From a bacterium (GTDB lineage Bacteria; UBA8248): a stretch of DNA of 64,000 nt. Positions 14,522 to 24,910 of this stretch are shown here, in pieces. A program made the translations under genes and the position numbers. Below the pieces are notes generated by a model. It saw only the letters and a list, made by a program, of their open reading frames with translations, was not told where the DNA came from and ran no database searches. Position 1 is the stretch's first letter; every line of letters begins with the position of its first letter. The stretch is taken from NCBI GenBank assembly GCA_965202625.1, contig CBDBBI010000010.1:2176001-2240000 (forward strand), given 5' to 3'.

Positions 14522-14598
14522 GAATGGAGATTATTTGTTTCCAGTCGGGAGCCTCGTGATGCCAATCGCGCGATTCAGTTGTCGGGATTTTCAATCAT

Positions 14599-14714
14599 TT
14601 CCGGTGGCTATAGCGGCGGGGCCACACCCGTTCCCATCCCGAACACGGCAGTTAAGCCCGCCAGCGCCTATGGTACTGCGGTCCTTTCCGTGGGAGAGTG
14701 GGTCGTTGCCGGAA
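14599..14714 (+). rRNA. rrf: 5S rRNA
   Basis: TTCCGGTGGC...CCCGTTCCCATCCCGAACACGG...GTTGCCGGAA with paired termini. Confidence 0.96.
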
Positions 14715-14720
14715 TATGAC

Positions 14721-14760
14721 GAAAGCCCCGCAGGCGGAACCCAGCCTGCGGGGCTTTTCG
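14721..14760 (+). terminator. Intrinsic terminator of the rrn operon
   Basis: AAAGCCCCGCAGGC-loop-GCCTGCGGGGCTTTT. Confidence 0.85.
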
Positions 14761-14794
14761 CGCAGGGGCGTTTCAAGAAGGGCGTTACCATACC

Positions 14795-15226
14795 ATGTCG
14801 GAGCGTCCTCTTGTTCTCGGAGATCGAAAATTGTATCCCATCCCTTGGAATGCGCGCAGCGACGCGGGTGTATTCCTTTTCAACCAGGGGGAATACTGGT
14901 GCGCCCACGAGGCGTGGGAGGGCGTCTGGATGAGCGCTGCGCCGACGCCGAAGAAGTTCTATCAGGGCCTGATCCAGATCGCTGCCGGCTACGTGAAGCT
15001 CCAGCAGCGTCACCACAAGGGTGCTCTCGCCAACCTGAAGAAGGGCCTCGAACGCTTTCGAGAGGTGGACGATGCCGTGGGTGATCTGGACGCGCCGATT
15101 CTCTACAAAAAATTCGTCAACCAGTCGCGCGGCGTGCGTGTGAGCCTACTGGACCAGGGCGCGGCGCGGTTGCGCGCTCGCGCATGGGACTTATGGCCTA
15201 GAATTGAATACGCCAGGCGACCCTGA
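14795..15226 (+). CDS. DUF309 family protein
   Basis: GVFLFNQGEYWCAHEAWEGVW...FYQGLIQIAAG signature. Confidence 0.85.
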   Translation: MSERPLVLGDRKLYPIPWNARSDAGVFLFNQGEYWCAHEAWEGVWMSAAPTPKKFYQGLIQIAAGYVKLQQRHHKGALANLKKGLERFREVDDAVGDLDAPILYKKFVNQSRGVRVSLLDQGAARLRARAWDLWPRIEYARRP

Positions 15227-15408
15227 AAGCCGGGTTTTCTCGGCACCACTCTCAGCAATCTGAGCATGGGCTCCTATCAGCAGGGCCGCACGCTGTTCTT
15301 GACCGCCAGTTTCATCTTGGGTTCTTAGGCGACCCCGTTGTCGGGGATCTTCGGACAGACGACTCCCCCCAATTCACGGGGACGCGGCGCCTTAATGAGG
15401 CGTTTGAA

Positions 15409-17115
15409 CTAAGGCGCCGCGATAAATTCGTTCTTCATCATTTCCTTGAGTTGTTCCACTGGAAAAACACCCAGCTCCTGCCATGCCGCACGCACTCCGA
15501 TGCGTCTCTGGACACGCTTCAAGGATTTCCCCTGAAACAGACGTTCCTTGTCCGGATCATCCATGAGCTCGGAAAGCGCCCAGATGAGAGCGGTGCGGAC
15601 CTTGACGTCCCCGGGGACGGAATTCCTCGACACGACAAGATTGATCAACTCTTCCCAATAGGACTGCGAGACGCTCAGCACCTTTCGGACGCTTCTCGGT
15701 TCCGCGCCGGACTGCTCGCATATCTCGCGGGTGAGATGTCCGCGCCACCAGGCGCGCGCGAACGGGCAGTTTACGTAGACGCTGCGATTGCCGCGCGCTT
15801 CCGGCAAGCCACTCATGCGCCTGATGGCGGTGCGGACGACGTCGTCAACCTCTTTTTTGTTTTCTCCTTTGAGCACCCGTTCGATTCTTTCGAGTCCTCT
15901 TGAAGCGTCGCCGCCGTTTGCGGCGAGGTAGGAGGATTGAATGCGGCCCGCCTCTATGTGGCGCAAGGTGATGAACCCCCAGAGCGTCACCCGGCACGCA
16001 TCCGCCGGAGAGAGCGATTTCCATGCCTCAAACATCCGTTCCTCAGCACTTTCCGGCGGATCCTTGAACTCCGATTCTGTGAGCGGCTCCTCCAGCATCG
16101 ACGGAGCCTCTCCCTCTTCCACCCTGACTTCATTTCTCATCCAACTGGGAAATTCATCGCTGCGGCACAGGACGGACAGAAATTCACGCTGCGCATCAGA
16201 ACCTTTCGATTTGAGTAAATTCTTGCGCAGCTTGGTATAGGAAGCGTCTTCAAACTTTTCGCAGGGCATCCCTACTCCTTCAACCTCTAAACGAGGCGGA
16301 ACATGGGGATACAACTTCGTCGCGACCTCATCGGCCAAGAAGTCTTTGTCGTCCCATGTCAGGAGGTCGTGTTCTTCAAGCATCTCCCTCAGCGCTTTCA
16401 GGTTGCTGAACGCTTCCCATTTTGGGGCCTCCTCCTCTTCGGCGCTCTCGCCGTAGCCGCGCACCAATATCTCAAAGCACCTGCTCACTACATGGGTCCG
16501 CACGCTATTGCAGTGGGCTTGATGCCCCCCTGCATTTTGCATAAAGGAAAACAGATTGGATGCCGTATGCACCTTGAAATAAAACCCATCCTCCTGACAC
16601 GGCACCACCTGAAAACAGCCATCCGGCAAGTCCGTATCCTTCTCGACGCGAAGTAAATTATGGAGAGAGGCCGTCGGTCGCAGATAGTTTTGCAGGGCCA
16701 GACGCGCGCCGGATGGAATTTCAACCTCTCGGCCTTGCCAGGCTTCCGCCACTCCGTCGTGCGGCCCCAAGATGCAGGAAAATGAAGAAGTAGCGACGAT
16801 GAGGGGACGCAGAATGGGCGGCTCACCCACTACGTCCATCTTCCATTCCACCTGCTGGCGTGCGTCGTCTGCGAGATGCAATTTTCTGTATCCCGTCAAC
16901 GGCACGGCGACCAGACAGCCGTATCTGGCTTTGCCCTCGGAGATTGCGCGCTCGAGGAAAGCCGCCCCCCGGAGTGCGTGATTCAACACCACCGAGGCCC
17001 CGTCTTGCCTGGGCTTCGCCTCCACCAGATATTCTCCCTCTGGATAGGACATATTGCCGTCCTCAAGCGCCGGATAGGGAAGGGAGCGGACGAGTTCTCC
17101 CGCTTTCGCCATCAC
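15409..17115 (-). CDS. Hypothetical protein, probably a fusion of two genes; C-terminal half DUF6339-like
   Basis: 568-aa ORF with internal AAGGAG-N5-ATG at 16269; C-half has 'CPFARAWW'; N-half starts 'LPYPAL'; family assignment tentative. Confidence 0.55.
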   Translation of the reverse strand: MMAKAGELVRSLPYPALEDGNMSYPEGEYLVEAKPRQDGASVVLNHALRGAAFLERAISEGKARYGCLVAVPLTGYRKLHLADDARQQVEWKMDVVGEPPILRPLIVATSSFSCILGPHDGVAEAWQGREVEIPSGARLALQNYLRPTASLHNLLRVEKDTDLPDGCFQVVPCQEDGFYFKVHTASNLFSFMQNAGGHQAHCNSVRTHVVSRCFEILVRGYGESAEEEEAPKWEAFSNLKALREMLEEHDLLTWDDKDFLADEVATKLYPHVPPRLEVEGVGMPCEKFEDASYTKLRKNLLKSKGSDAQREFLSVLCRSDEFPSWMRNEVRVEEGEAPSMLEEPLTESEFKDPPESAEERMFEAWKSLSPADACRVTLWGFITLRHIEAGRIQSSYLAANGGDASRGLERIERVLKGENKKEVDDVVRTAIRRMSGLPEARGNRSVYVNCPFARAWWRGHLTREICEQSGAEPRSVRKVLSVSQSYWEELINLVVSRNSVPGDVKVRTALIWALSELMDDPDKERLFQGKSLKRVQRRIGVRAAWQELGVFPVEQLKEMMKNEFIAAP

Positions 17116-17489
17116 GACTTCCTCTGGTTTTCAGAGCGGGAAGCCCGGTGCATCAGCTGCGCCTTCGACACGACCCGCGCCTCATCCATCAGGTCGACGC
17201 CTGGCGGCAGCTCATAGTCGAATTTGATATGTACCGTCTTTTCGGGATGCTCGGCGGAGGTGTTGTTGAATATGACCACGTCGCCACGCTCCGGGCGCAG
17301 AATCCCCGCCTCAAGAAGCACGAAAAGAAGCATCCCGCTCGTCTGACCTCCGGAGAATTTGACCACGTGCGGCAATTCCTCATGGCCAGGGTATTCATAG
17401 TGAAACGGATGCGCGCTGTCAGGCGATGAAACGGGCCGGGCTTTCCCAAAAATCTCCAGCCTCGGAACGTCATGAACCGCGTGGGTCAT
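17112..17489 (-). pseudogene. Truncated PAPS-reductase/PP-loop family gene joined to an unrelated 3' end
   Basis: VVKFSGGQTSG...VIFNNTSAEHP PP-loop start, followed by a short unrelated tail; only 125 aa. Confidence 0.6.
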
Positions 17490-17681
17490 TTTTGTCCGCA
17501 GTTTTGAGGCGCCTTTTTTATGGAGACAAAAGGCGGAGAATATACAAGATTTCAGATATTTTGCGAGAATGCGCGGAAAATGCCAACGTCCCGGCCGGTT
17601 CGGGTTTTCCGCGTTTCTCTGCGTTTTTCGTGTCGCTCGCCTGGGGCCGGGTCTGTCAGGCTGCTGTTGCGCGCGATGCGT

Positions 17682-18689
17682 TCAACCGTTTTTTTTCTTT
17701 GGATCGTTCACCGGATATTTGGGTCGCTTTCCGTTCAGGACGCGGGCGATGTCCGCGCCCGTACAGGCGGCGATGGCTTCGAGGCACTCTTTCGTGGAGC
17801 CCGCCATGTGCGGCGTCAAGATGACGCCCGGCGCGTCGAAGATGGGACTTTTTGGATTTGGCGGCTCCCCTTCGAGCACGTCGAGTGCCGCTCCACCGAG
17901 TTTGCCGCTTCTGAGCGCGCGCGTGAGCGCGTCCTCGTCCACCAGAGAGCCTCTGGCGGCGTTGACCAGAAAAGCGCCCTTCTTCATCTTGGAGATTGTG
18001 CGTTCGTCGATCAGGTGGCGGGTGGCGGGGGTGAGCGGTGCGTGGAGGGAGAGGAAATCTGCTTGCGCCAGGAGGGAATCAAGCCGCGCGGGCCGCGCTC
18101 CACGCGCCTTGATCTCCTCGCGCGAGAGGCCCGGATCGCGCGCAAGGACCTTCATGCCCATCGCGTCCGCCATTTTCGAGAGCCGGCTTCCCACCTGCCC
18201 AATCCCGATGAGGCCCAGCGTCTTGCCCCGAAGCTCCACGCCCGTGTGGCGCGCCTCCCCCCACGTCCGCTCTGCGCTCACGTGCGACGCTGCTTGGGGA
18301 ATGCGTCTAGCCACGGAGAGCATCAAGCCGAGGGCGAGTTCGGCCACGGCGTTCGCGTTCGCCCCTGGCGCGTTCGTGACGAGCACGCCCCGTTCTGTGC
18401 AGGCGTCCACGTCAACCTGGTCCACGCCCGCGCCGTGCACGGCCACCACCCGCAAGTCCGGAAGCCGCTCGAGCAGGGAGGCGGTGACGTAACCGGGCCG
18501 CAGTAAAACGCCCTCCGCTCCTCGGAGGGTTTGGGCGAAAAGCGCCTCTTCCTCCTCTTCCAGGGGCTTGAAGGGCAGCACCACGGCCCGAACGGGAGCA
18601 ACGCCCGCCAACGCCTTTTTAACGGGCGTCATGGCGACGGGAAAATCAGGGGTGGAGGTGACGGCTACCCATCGTCTCTTTGACGGCAT
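17682..18689 (-). CDS. D-isomer-specific 2-hydroxyacid dehydrogenase (SerA-like catalytic core)
   Basis: GAGVDQVD, NAPGAN, GLIGIGQVG, VNAARG, ALDVLEGEP, TPHMAG. Confidence 0.92.
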   Translation of the reverse strand: MPSKRRWVAVTSTPDFPVAMTPVKKALAGVAPVRAVVLPFKPLEEEEEALFAQTLRGAEGVLLRPGYVTASLLERLPDLRVVAVHGAGVDQVDVDACTERGVLVTNAPGANANAVAELALGLMLSVARRIPQAASHVSAERTWGEARHTGVELRGKTLGLIGIGQVGSRLSKMADAMGMKVLARDPGLSREEIKARGARPARLDSLLAQADFLSLHAPLTPATRHLIDERTISKMKKGAFLVNAARGSLVDEDALTRALRSGKLGGAALDVLEGEPPNPKSPIFDAPGVILTPHMAGSTKECLEAIAACTGADIARVLNGKRPKYPVNDPKKKNG

Positions 18690-18697
18690 GAGGGGAA

Positions 18698-20359
18698 CTA
18701 CATGTGTGTGGCGGTAAAGTCGCCGCCGTAGTTGTATTCGGTTCTCGCTTTTTGAGCGGAGAGGAGTCCCTCTTGGAGGTCATGCTCAATGGCACGCCAT
18801 GAACGGTCTTTGGCGTCCCCGTAGCCGCCTCCGCTGGGCACCTCCAGGACGAGTCTGTCGCTTTGGTTCATGAGCCATTGACGCTTGGGGTTGATGGGGC
18901 GTCCGTTCAGGGTCACTTTGCCGACGCGCCCGTTTTTCCCGCCGAACAGTCCGTAGGCGGGATGCCGGGTGCGCTCGCTCATGAAGGTGAGGAGAATCGG
19001 CCCGTCGGAGAGCGATTTCACGATGACCTGCTGGCCGTTTCCACCGGCATATTTGCCCGCGCCGCCGCTGTCCCTTATGGACGCTTTTCTCTCCACCAGC
19101 AGGGGTACGAGGTGCTCGAGAATTTCGATGGGGGTGTTCGAAGTGTTCGAGGGGAAGTCGAGGCATACTCTCCCGTCGTGCCCATTGGTCGCGCCCTGTC
19201 CGCCGTGCAGAAAAAAGTTGCCGGCGAAGCGTCGGTTTTCCTTTGTGATGCCCGCCGCGTTTATGCCCCACGTGGGACTGCCGCTAGCCGCCTGCACGAG
19301 GTTGGGAACCGCCTTGCACAGCGCGCCGAAAATGGCCGAGGGAATGAAATGTCCTACCATGGAGCGGCCGTTTACGGGCGCCGGGTAGCGCGGATTCAGT
19401 ATGCTACCCTCGGGGGCGGATACCGTTACGGGCCGAAAGTTGCCCTCGTTGTTGGGAATCTGCGGGCAAAACAGGCATTTCAACGAGTAGGCGGAATAGG
19501 AATAGACGTAGTTCAGGACGGAATTTAGGCCGCGGTCCACCTGCGGGGATGAACCCGTGTAATCGACCAGAATGCTGCTTCCGCGAACCTTGACCTCCAC
19601 GCGGATGATTAAAGGCTCGTCATATCCGTCCGTGGACACCTGAAAGCGGTATTCACCGTCCTCTACTTTTTTGATGGCCTCGCGCATCGCGTTCTCAGAG
19701 CGCTGGAAGATCGTGGTGGCCGGCGCTTCGAGATCAGCGAGCTTGTATTCTTCGAGCATCTCGCCGATGCGCCTAGCGGCGAGGCGACCGGCGGACATGT
19801 GGGAGATCAGATCTCCTTCCACCTGGTTCGGCACGCGCACGTTGTTTCTGATGATGCGCAGGATGCCCTCGTTGATTTGGCCCGCCGACATGTATTTGCA
19901 AGGTGGGAGCTGGAGACCTTCTTCGTAGATTTCCCGCACTTCGGGAGACTTCAACTTCCCTCCCATATCTGTTACGTGCGTGGTAATGCCGATGAGGGCG
20001 ACCAGCCTCTTTTTGTAGAACACGGGTGTAAGGGAGGCGAGATCTTGAAGATGGCCGGTTCCCATCCAGGGGTCGTTCGTCAGAATGAGATCGCTCGGGA
20101 CGAGGGTTTCAGGCGGGAAAATCTGCAGAAGTTTTTTGGCCGTGATAGGCAGCGCGCCCACGAAGCTGGGCATGGTGGACCTGGCCTGGGCGATGGACTG
20201 CCCGCTGGGGTTCAATATGATGACTGCGAAATTTTTCGATTCGCGTATCGTGGTGGAGAAAGCGGTACGCACGATCTCGATGGCCGCCTCCTCAGCGATG
20301 GCGATGAGCCGGTTCCAGAGAACCTCCAACGTGATTGAATCAATGCCTTTGCGGGCCAT
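18698..20359 (-). CDS. Hydantoinase B/oxoprolinase family protein
   Basis: IDSITLEV, RTAFSTTIRE, NDPWMGTGHLQD, EIYEEG, DSGGAG, PSGGGYG. Confidence 0.92.
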   Translation of the reverse strand: MARKGIDSITLEVLWNRLIAIAEEAAIEIVRTAFSTTIRESKNFAVIILNPSGQSIAQARSTMPSFVGALPITAKKLLQIFPPETLVPSDLILTNDPWMGTGHLQDLASLTPVFYKKRLVALIGITTHVTDMGGKLKSPEVREIYEEGLQLPPCKYMSAGQINEGILRIIRNNVRVPNQVEGDLISHMSAGRLAARRIGEMLEEYKLADLEAPATTIFQRSENAMREAIKKVEDGEYRFQVSTDGYDEPLIIRVEVKVRGSSILVDYTGSSPQVDRGLNSVLNYVYSYSAYSLKCLFCPQIPNNEGNFRPVTVSAPEGSILNPRYPAPVNGRSMVGHFIPSAIFGALCKAVPNLVQAASGSPTWGINAAGITKENRRFAGNFFLHGGQGATNGHDGRVCLDFPSNTSNTPIEILEHLVPLLVERKASIRDSGGAGKYAGGNGQQVIVKSLSDGPILLTFMSERTRHPAYGLFGGKNGRVGKVTLNGRPINPKRQWLMNQSDRLVLEVPSGGGYGDAKDRSWRAIEHDLQEGLLSAQKARTEYNYGGDFTATHM

Positions 20360-20375
20360 GTTTTCCGTCTCTTCT

Positions 20376-22481
20376 TTAGAGTTCGATTATCAGGTTTTGG
20401 AATTTGTCTACCTGGAAGTTCGAGCGCGGCCCGACGACCGTGGTCGTCATTCGTTCTTCTATCAGCGCGGGCCCCTTGAATTTCTGGCCTGGCTCTAGCA
20501 GATAGCGGTCAAAAATGTTGACTTTCCGAAAGCCTTTGTTCTCCGGCATGTAGATGCGTCGGCTACCCTTCAGGGCGTTTTTGACGTCTTTTTCCGCCAG
20601 ATTCGAGAAATCGAAACTCACGTTGGGTTCTGGTCCCATACCGAAGATGCGCCAACTGAACACTTGAAGTGGCACCTCTTTGATGGCGCGCCCGTGGGCG
20701 GAGGCGTAGTGCTCGTGATAGGTATCGCTGATTTCCCCAAAGTGGTTCTGCGTTAGTTTTCCGCGTGGTATGGGAATAGTGAGGGGGAAGCCTTGGCCCT
20801 CAAAGCTGATGTCGGCCATGCGTTGAATGCGAATCTCGCGCTCTTTCACGCCCGCGTCGATGAGGACTTTCCGAATTCGCTTTTCGCGCCGGACGAGCAT
20901 ATCGTTCAAATCTGAGAGGTTGACGTCCTCAAGCGGCATCACATGGCTGTCCACGGTGTCCACTTTGAAGGGAACGGTGTGCAACCCCAGACTGGAGGCC
21001 AAGCCTGCGCCTGGCGGGCAAACGATGCGCCGCAACCCCACTTTGCGCGCAAGCCGAAAAGCGTGGACAGGGCCGGCGCCCCCCGTAGCCATGAGAGTGA
21101 AGTTGCGCGGATCTTTGCCTCGCTCTGATAGTTTGATGCGTGCGGCGGCGGCCATGGTCTCGTTCGCCAGCTCGTGAATGCCCCAAGCCGCTTGGATATC
21201 CTCAATTTTCATCGGCTCGGCTATTTTGGCGCGTATGGCTTCGGACGCCGCCTCCGGAAAAACGGGCATCTCACCGCCCAGAAAATACTCCGGATTGATG
21301 TAGCCAAGGAGCAGGTTGGCGTCGGTCACAGTAGGCTCATCGCCTCCTAGGCCGTAGCAAGCGGGCCCAGGTGATGCTCCTTGGCTTTCGGGGCCGACTT
21401 TCAACAGTCCTAAATCATCGATTCGCGCGATGCTGCCTCCGCCAGCACCCACCTCGATAAGATCGATGCACGGCACCTGGATGGGTATTCCGCTCCCCTT
21501 GGTGAAGCGTTTGACGCGTGCGATCTCGAATTGAACGGACAAGTGCGGTTCTCCGTTTTCGATGATGCACGATTTCGCCGTAGTCCCACCCATGTCAAAA
21601 GCGATGAGATTTTCGAACTCGCCGAGTTTTCCATAGTAGACCGAGGAAAGTGCTCCAGCCGCAGGGCCTGACTCGAACATGCGAATGGGACTCCGCGCAG
21701 CGGATTTCGCGGTGGCGATGCCGCCGTTTGAGAGCATGATATATAGCGATACGTTTTCGAGATTGATTTCCAAGTCTTCGATATATTTGGAGACAATCGG
21801 CTGAATATAGGCGTTGGCCACTGTAGTGGAGGTCCTCTCGTATTCCCTTATTTCCGGGCACACTTGAGAGGAGAGGCTGAAATCTACATCGGGGAACGAC
21901 TGCGCTATCGCTTCGCCGACTTCATCCTCATGCGCCGAATTGACGTAGGAATGCAGGAGGCAAACTGCGATGGATTTTGCCCCCTTCTCGACGAGTTCCT
22001 GGATGGTTACTTTCACCTCTTGGGTGCTCAGCGGTTGGAGGATTTCACCGGTCGCAGAAATTCTCTCGGTTAATTCGCGCCGAAAAGGTCCGGACACGAG
22101 AGGTTCTGGAAATTCGGGCACGATGTCGTAGATGTCGTATCTTGATTCACGACCCATCAAAAGGATGTCGGCGAATCCCTTTGTTGCGAGAAGACCTGTG
22201 GGGACGCCTTTCTTCTCAATGATCGCGTTGGTGGCTAGAGTGGTTGCATGAATCGCTTGGCCGAGGTCGCGAAAGCGCAGATTTTCCTCATCAAGCAACG
22301 TCCGCAGACCTGCGAGGGCACCGATGGAAGGATCGTTCAGCGTCGTGAGATATTTCCCAACTGCGGTTCTTCCGTTCGAGGGACTATAAATCGCGATATC
22401 AGTGAACGTGCCTCCGATGTCTATAGCGGCGACAAGTCGCTTTCTCGATCTTGATGTGGATGATGAAGCAGATTTTACCAT
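20376..22481 (-). CDS. Hydantoinase A/oxoprolinase family protein
   Basis: DIGGTFTD, HATTLATN, EYERTSTT, ESGPAAG, DMGGTT, GAGGGS, PGPACY. Confidence 0.93.
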   Translation of the reverse strand: MVKSASSSTSRSRKRLVAAIDIGGTFTDIAIYSPSNGRTAVGKYLTTLNDPSIGALAGLRTLLDEENLRFRDLGQAIHATTLATNAIIEKKGVPTGLLATKGFADILLMGRESRYDIYDIVPEFPEPLVSGPFRRELTERISATGEILQPLSTQEVKVTIQELVEKGAKSIAVCLLHSYVNSAHEDEVGEAIAQSFPDVDFSLSSQVCPEIREYERTSTTVANAYIQPIVSKYIEDLEINLENVSLYIMLSNGGIATAKSAARSPIRMFESGPAAGALSSVYYGKLGEFENLIAFDMGGTTAKSCIIENGEPHLSVQFEIARVKRFTKGSGIPIQVPCIDLIEVGAGGGSIARIDDLGLLKVGPESQGASPGPACYGLGGDEPTVTDANLLLGYINPEYFLGGEMPVFPEAASEAIRAKIAEPMKIEDIQAAWGIHELANETMAAAARIKLSERGKDPRNFTLMATGGAGPVHAFRLARKVGLRRIVCPPGAGLASSLGLHTVPFKVDTVDSHVMPLEDVNLSDLNDMLVRREKRIRKVLIDAGVKEREIRIQRMADISFEGQGFPLTIPIPRGKLTQNHFGEISDTYHEHYASAHGRAIKEVPLQVFSWRIFGMGPEPNVSFDFSNLAEKDVKNALKGSRRIYMPENKGFRKVNIFDRYLLEPGQKFKGPALIEERMTTTVVGPRSNFQVDKFQNLIIEL

Positions 22482-22844
22482 TTCTAAGTTGTGGGCAAGC
22501 CTCTTGAAGTAGAAATAGAAAAGATTAGCGAAACATCATCATTCTCTATAAGTATATGAAAATATACGCTTTGTCAATTCTCGATCAGATGGATGCGCTT
22601 TAAGGTATTGAATTTTAATAAGTTAAGGATTTTGGAAAATGGGCAGAAATAATGAAAGTAATATAAATATGATGGGATGTTTGGGTTAAACTGTTGATAT
22701 ATTTATAGTTGTAAAATTATAATCGAATATCTACATTGTCAATAAAACATGAAATATCGTAATTTGTGTAGCAGGGCGGAATTTCTATACGACATGGTGC
22801 GTGTTTTCTTCCGTAAGGGTGAGGTGTGATTTGACGGTGAAAGG

Positions 22845-23855
22845 GTGAAAGATGGTAGGGGATCAGTCGTTCAATATGCCGTGGTGGATTGCGATCCAGG
22901 CGTGGATGACGCGCTTGCTTTGGCAATGGGTTTCTCGTCTTCCTTTTTGCAATACGTTGCGGTGACAACCGTGCATGGTAATGTTTCCGCGCGTTTGGCT
23001 TACCAAAATGCGAGGAAACTCACGGCGTTTCTGCGCGCGCACCTCAAGCATTCCATTGAAGATGTTCCTGTCTACCGGGGGGCCTCGCTGGCCTTGGACG
23101 GAAGCCGCTTGAACCGGAGCGAATCACTTAAGATTCACGGGGCGGATGGCCTAGGGATGATGTTCAGGAGCGAAGGACGCTCTCGTCGCCTGGGCAAAGG
23201 AGGCGCAAAATCGTCTTGTGATGTGCTCGTTGAGCAGGCTCGTTATTGGGGCTCGCAACTCACCATCATCACCTTGGGGCCGTTGACGAATTTAGCCTTG
23301 GCCTTGCGACGTGCCCCTGATGCCTTCTCTCGGGTGCACCGGATTGTCGTCATGGGAGGGGCCGCTCAAATGCCTGGCAACGTGACTCCAGCGGCCGAAT
23401 TCAACATCTATTGCGACCCCCAGGCAGCGGCCGAAGTATTCTCATCCGGGCTTCCCATCACGATGGTGGGTCTTGATGTCACGAGGCGTGCTCTTCTTCA
23501 CGTCAATAAATTTGAAGGCGGCGGACCATTTCGGGCGGCGCTTCGAGATCTCATCAAAGCGTATGCCCAATTCTCCAGAAAAAGAAGAGGGACAAATGAT
23601 ATTACTTTACACGATCCTCTGGCGCTCGCCGTCGGAATGAAGCCAGGTTTCGTAGAAACAAGGCGGTGTCGGGTAGACGTGGACACGAGCAAGGGCATCG
23701 CGCGAGGGATGACGGTAGTGGATTTGAGGGAGAAGGTGCAGTCTCGCGTCAAAAATCCGATCGACGTGGCCTTGGATGTGGACGTAAAGTGTTTTTTGGC
23801 GTTCTTCATCTCGCAGCTGCGTAAATATCGTGGATGGAGCGCCGATGAAAAATGA
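22845..23855 (+). CDS. Inosine/uridine-preferring nucleoside hydrolase
   Basis: DCDPGVDD, HGADGLG, GPLTN, MGG...GNVTPAAEFNIYCDP, LHDPLA. Confidence 0.92.
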   Translation: MKDGRGSVVQYAVVDCDPGVDDALALAMGFSSSFLQYVAVTTVHGNVSARLAYQNARKLTAFLRAHLKHSIEDVPVYRGASLALDGSRLNRSESLKIHGADGLGMMFRSEGRSRRLGKGGAKSSCDVLVEQARYWGSQLTIITLGPLTNLALALRRAPDAFSRVHRIVVMGGAAQMPGNVTPAAEFNIYCDPQAAAEVFSSGLPITMVGLDVTRRALLHVNKFEGGGPFRAALRDLIKAYAQFSRKRRGTNDITLHDPLALAVGMKPGFVETRRCRVDVDTSKGIARGMTVVDLREKVQSRVKNPIDVALDVDVKCFLAFFISQLRKYRGWSADEK

Positions 23856-24805
23856 AAAAGGCACCATTTTGGTGCTAGGGAGCTCGAATGTCGACATCGT
23901 CGTTCGTGTGGATAGACTCCCGTCTGCGGGTGAAACGGTAATGGGAGAGAGCTTTCAGGAACATTGGGGTGGAAAAGGGGCGAACCAAGCTCTTGCTGCC
24001 GCCCGCGCTGGCGCGGAGGTCCATTTTGTCACCATGTTGGGAAATGACGCGGAAGGCGACGCCTATCGTCGTTATTTGATGGAAAGTGGGTTATCGCCCG
24101 ATGGCGTATTGCGTTGTAAGTCAAGGACGGGTAGGGCGCTGATTGTGGTGGGGAAAGGGGGTGAGAACCAAATCGCTGTGACTCCTGGCGCAAATCGGTT
24201 CCTCACGCCTGGAAGAATGAGAAGGAAACCAAGGCTTTTGGATTTCTGAGAGATTGTCTTAGCGCAACTAGGTCCCGGTTTCATCCATTACAGCCGTGTT
24301 CCGAAAGGGGAGGAGGCGCGGTGCTCGCAACATCTTAAATCCGGCCCCGGCGCCCGAAAGTTTGCCTCAAGAGCTGATTCGATTGGTCGATGTGTTGACG
24401 CCAAACGAAACGGAAGCGGCGAAGCTGGCCAAGCTCAAGAGAATACCCACGAGTGCCGAGGAGTTTTTGCGCGCTTCGCGCGCTTTGGAAATGTTGGGGC
24501 CTTCTTGCGTCATCATTACGGCGGGGGGAAAGGGCGCTTTTGTTCTGAATCAAAACAAGGCTTATTGGCTGAGAGCTCCCGTTGGACTGAAGGCGGTGGA
24601 TACGACAGGGGCGGGCGATGCTTTTTGTGGGGCGCTAGTGGCTAAATTTTCAGAGTGCACGGAACTTGAAGATGCGGTTCGTTTCGCAGTTGGCGCGGGC
24701 TCGTGTTCTGTAAAAAGACATGGTGCTCAGGCGGGCTTGCCTTCGCGCCGACAAATTATGAAAACCCAGGGCGAGGTGCGCCACAAACAGGTTTGGGTTG
24801 GTTGA
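23845..24805 (+). pseudogene. rbsK: Ribokinase, disrupted by TGA 24247-24249 and a frameshift near 24271
   Basis: N-half GSSNVD...GGKGANQA; C-half NPAPA, PNETEA, DTTGAGDAF in a different frame; 'QL(E)VP' lacks 2 nt. Confidence 0.8.
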
Positions 24806-24910
24806 CTTCAATCAATAACCCGCATAGGGTAAATTTGAGTGGGTGTTGGATGAACGACATTCGCCTCTCATAATTTTGATTGCGTCGCCAACCAAAAGGA
24901 GAAACTCCTC

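Noticed and set aside
24247-24249. In-frame TGA in rbsK as a possible Sec codon
   Set aside because: It is not at a redox Cys position, has no convincing hairpin, and is followed by a frameshift about 20 nt later, so this is a pseudogene lesion
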